NCBI GenBank assembly: GCA_013239625.1
Contig: MU055928.1
Coordinates: 30,603,118-30,667,117 of the forward strand
Length of the DNA stretch: 64,000 nucleotides
Reading direction: 5' to 3'
Source: Lama guanicoe
Taxonomy: Eukaryota
A program made the position numbers and the translations under genes. Each line of letters begins with the position of its first letter. Within the stretch, counting starts at the first letter, position 1. Below are positions 63,271 to 64,000 of the stretch, piece by piece. The notes under the pieces are model-generated. The model was given only the letters and a program-made list of their open reading frames with translations. It was not told the origin of the DNA and ran no database searches.

Positions 63271-64000
63271 AGTGGACTAGAGACAGAGGCCTCATCTGAG
63301 TTGGGTTCTCACTACTTCACAGGGAGGCCTGTCAGCCTGGAAGTGTCAGCGCTGAGTAGTGGGAGGCTGGACCTAACCCAGGTCAGGGCTCAGCCAGGGG
63401 AGGGGACAGGCATCTGAAGATGTGCACAGCGGGGTAATTATCACGGTTCGCTGTGGAACGTGTGCTGGGTATGGAGGGGGAGAAGGACAGGAAGTAGGGT
63501 GAGAACAGGGAAGAGTCTGCAGGATCAACAGATCACAGGTCAGTAGGAGTGAAGGGCTGTTGAGTCAGGAAGCTAGAGGGAGAGAAAGGCAGGCAGGAGG
63601 TGATGGTGAGAATAAGATGTTCGGAGCTAAGATTGTTCACCTTCATTTTGGAAAGAGGGGAAGTCGTGGTTCAGGACAAAACTCTGAGGACGGCGTTCTA
63701 GGTCCTCTGTGATGCTATCATAATCATACTGAAATGGGGCCATCGATCCTAATATCAATGCACCTCCCAATGTAAAGTTAAACTATTTTAGCTAAAGGCT
63801 TAATGTTCAGCAATACTGTGGTAGCAGGATCTGTGAAATAGGTCATTTATGTATGACTTATGATGGGGACAAAACTTTGGAGAGGACGAGATGAGGTAGT
63901 CTGGTAGTGCGATGAATAGAAGGATCATTTCTAGAGGCTCACACCATCTCCACACCATAGCCACACAGCCCGAATCCACACAACACGCCCTAGTGCCTCA

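Noticed and set aside
57254-64000. ICA exon 13 or earlier exons
   Set aside because: No FF..SCAPG...GALR-type exon found on the minus strand; region is mostly repeats, so the exon is presumed outside the window

Overview
Mammalian genomic DNA, probably camelid (inferred from Vic-1-like tRNA-derived SINEs). Three genes lie head-to-tail on the minus strand. From right to left they are: the last four exons (14-17) of the transferrin paralog inhibitor of carbonic anhydrase (ICA/INHCA, 57253-54053); a complete 17-exon serotransferrin gene (TF, ATG 34898, stop 5090; 2124-nt spliced CDS, 707 aa, all GT-AG, all iron ligands present); and coding exon 1 of SRPRB (253-100) with its CpG-rich promoter. 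The TF proximal promoter (GATAAA, HNF4-type and C/EBP-type sites) and the liver enhancer about 3.5 kb upstream (FOXA site, HIF site) are recognisable. The rest is mostly interspersed repeats: near-full-length Tigger1, L1, L2, MIR, MER/hAT elements, SINEs and a solo LTR. I found no new biological system. The most notable observations are an open ICA 3' end, a 43-bp inverted repeat upstream of TF, only one of the two human-type HIF sites in the enhancer, TF C-lobe substitutions, TF/ICA intron similarity and several atypical L1 insertions. Repeat family names and comparisons to other species are from memory, not from searches; repeat boundaries are approximate.
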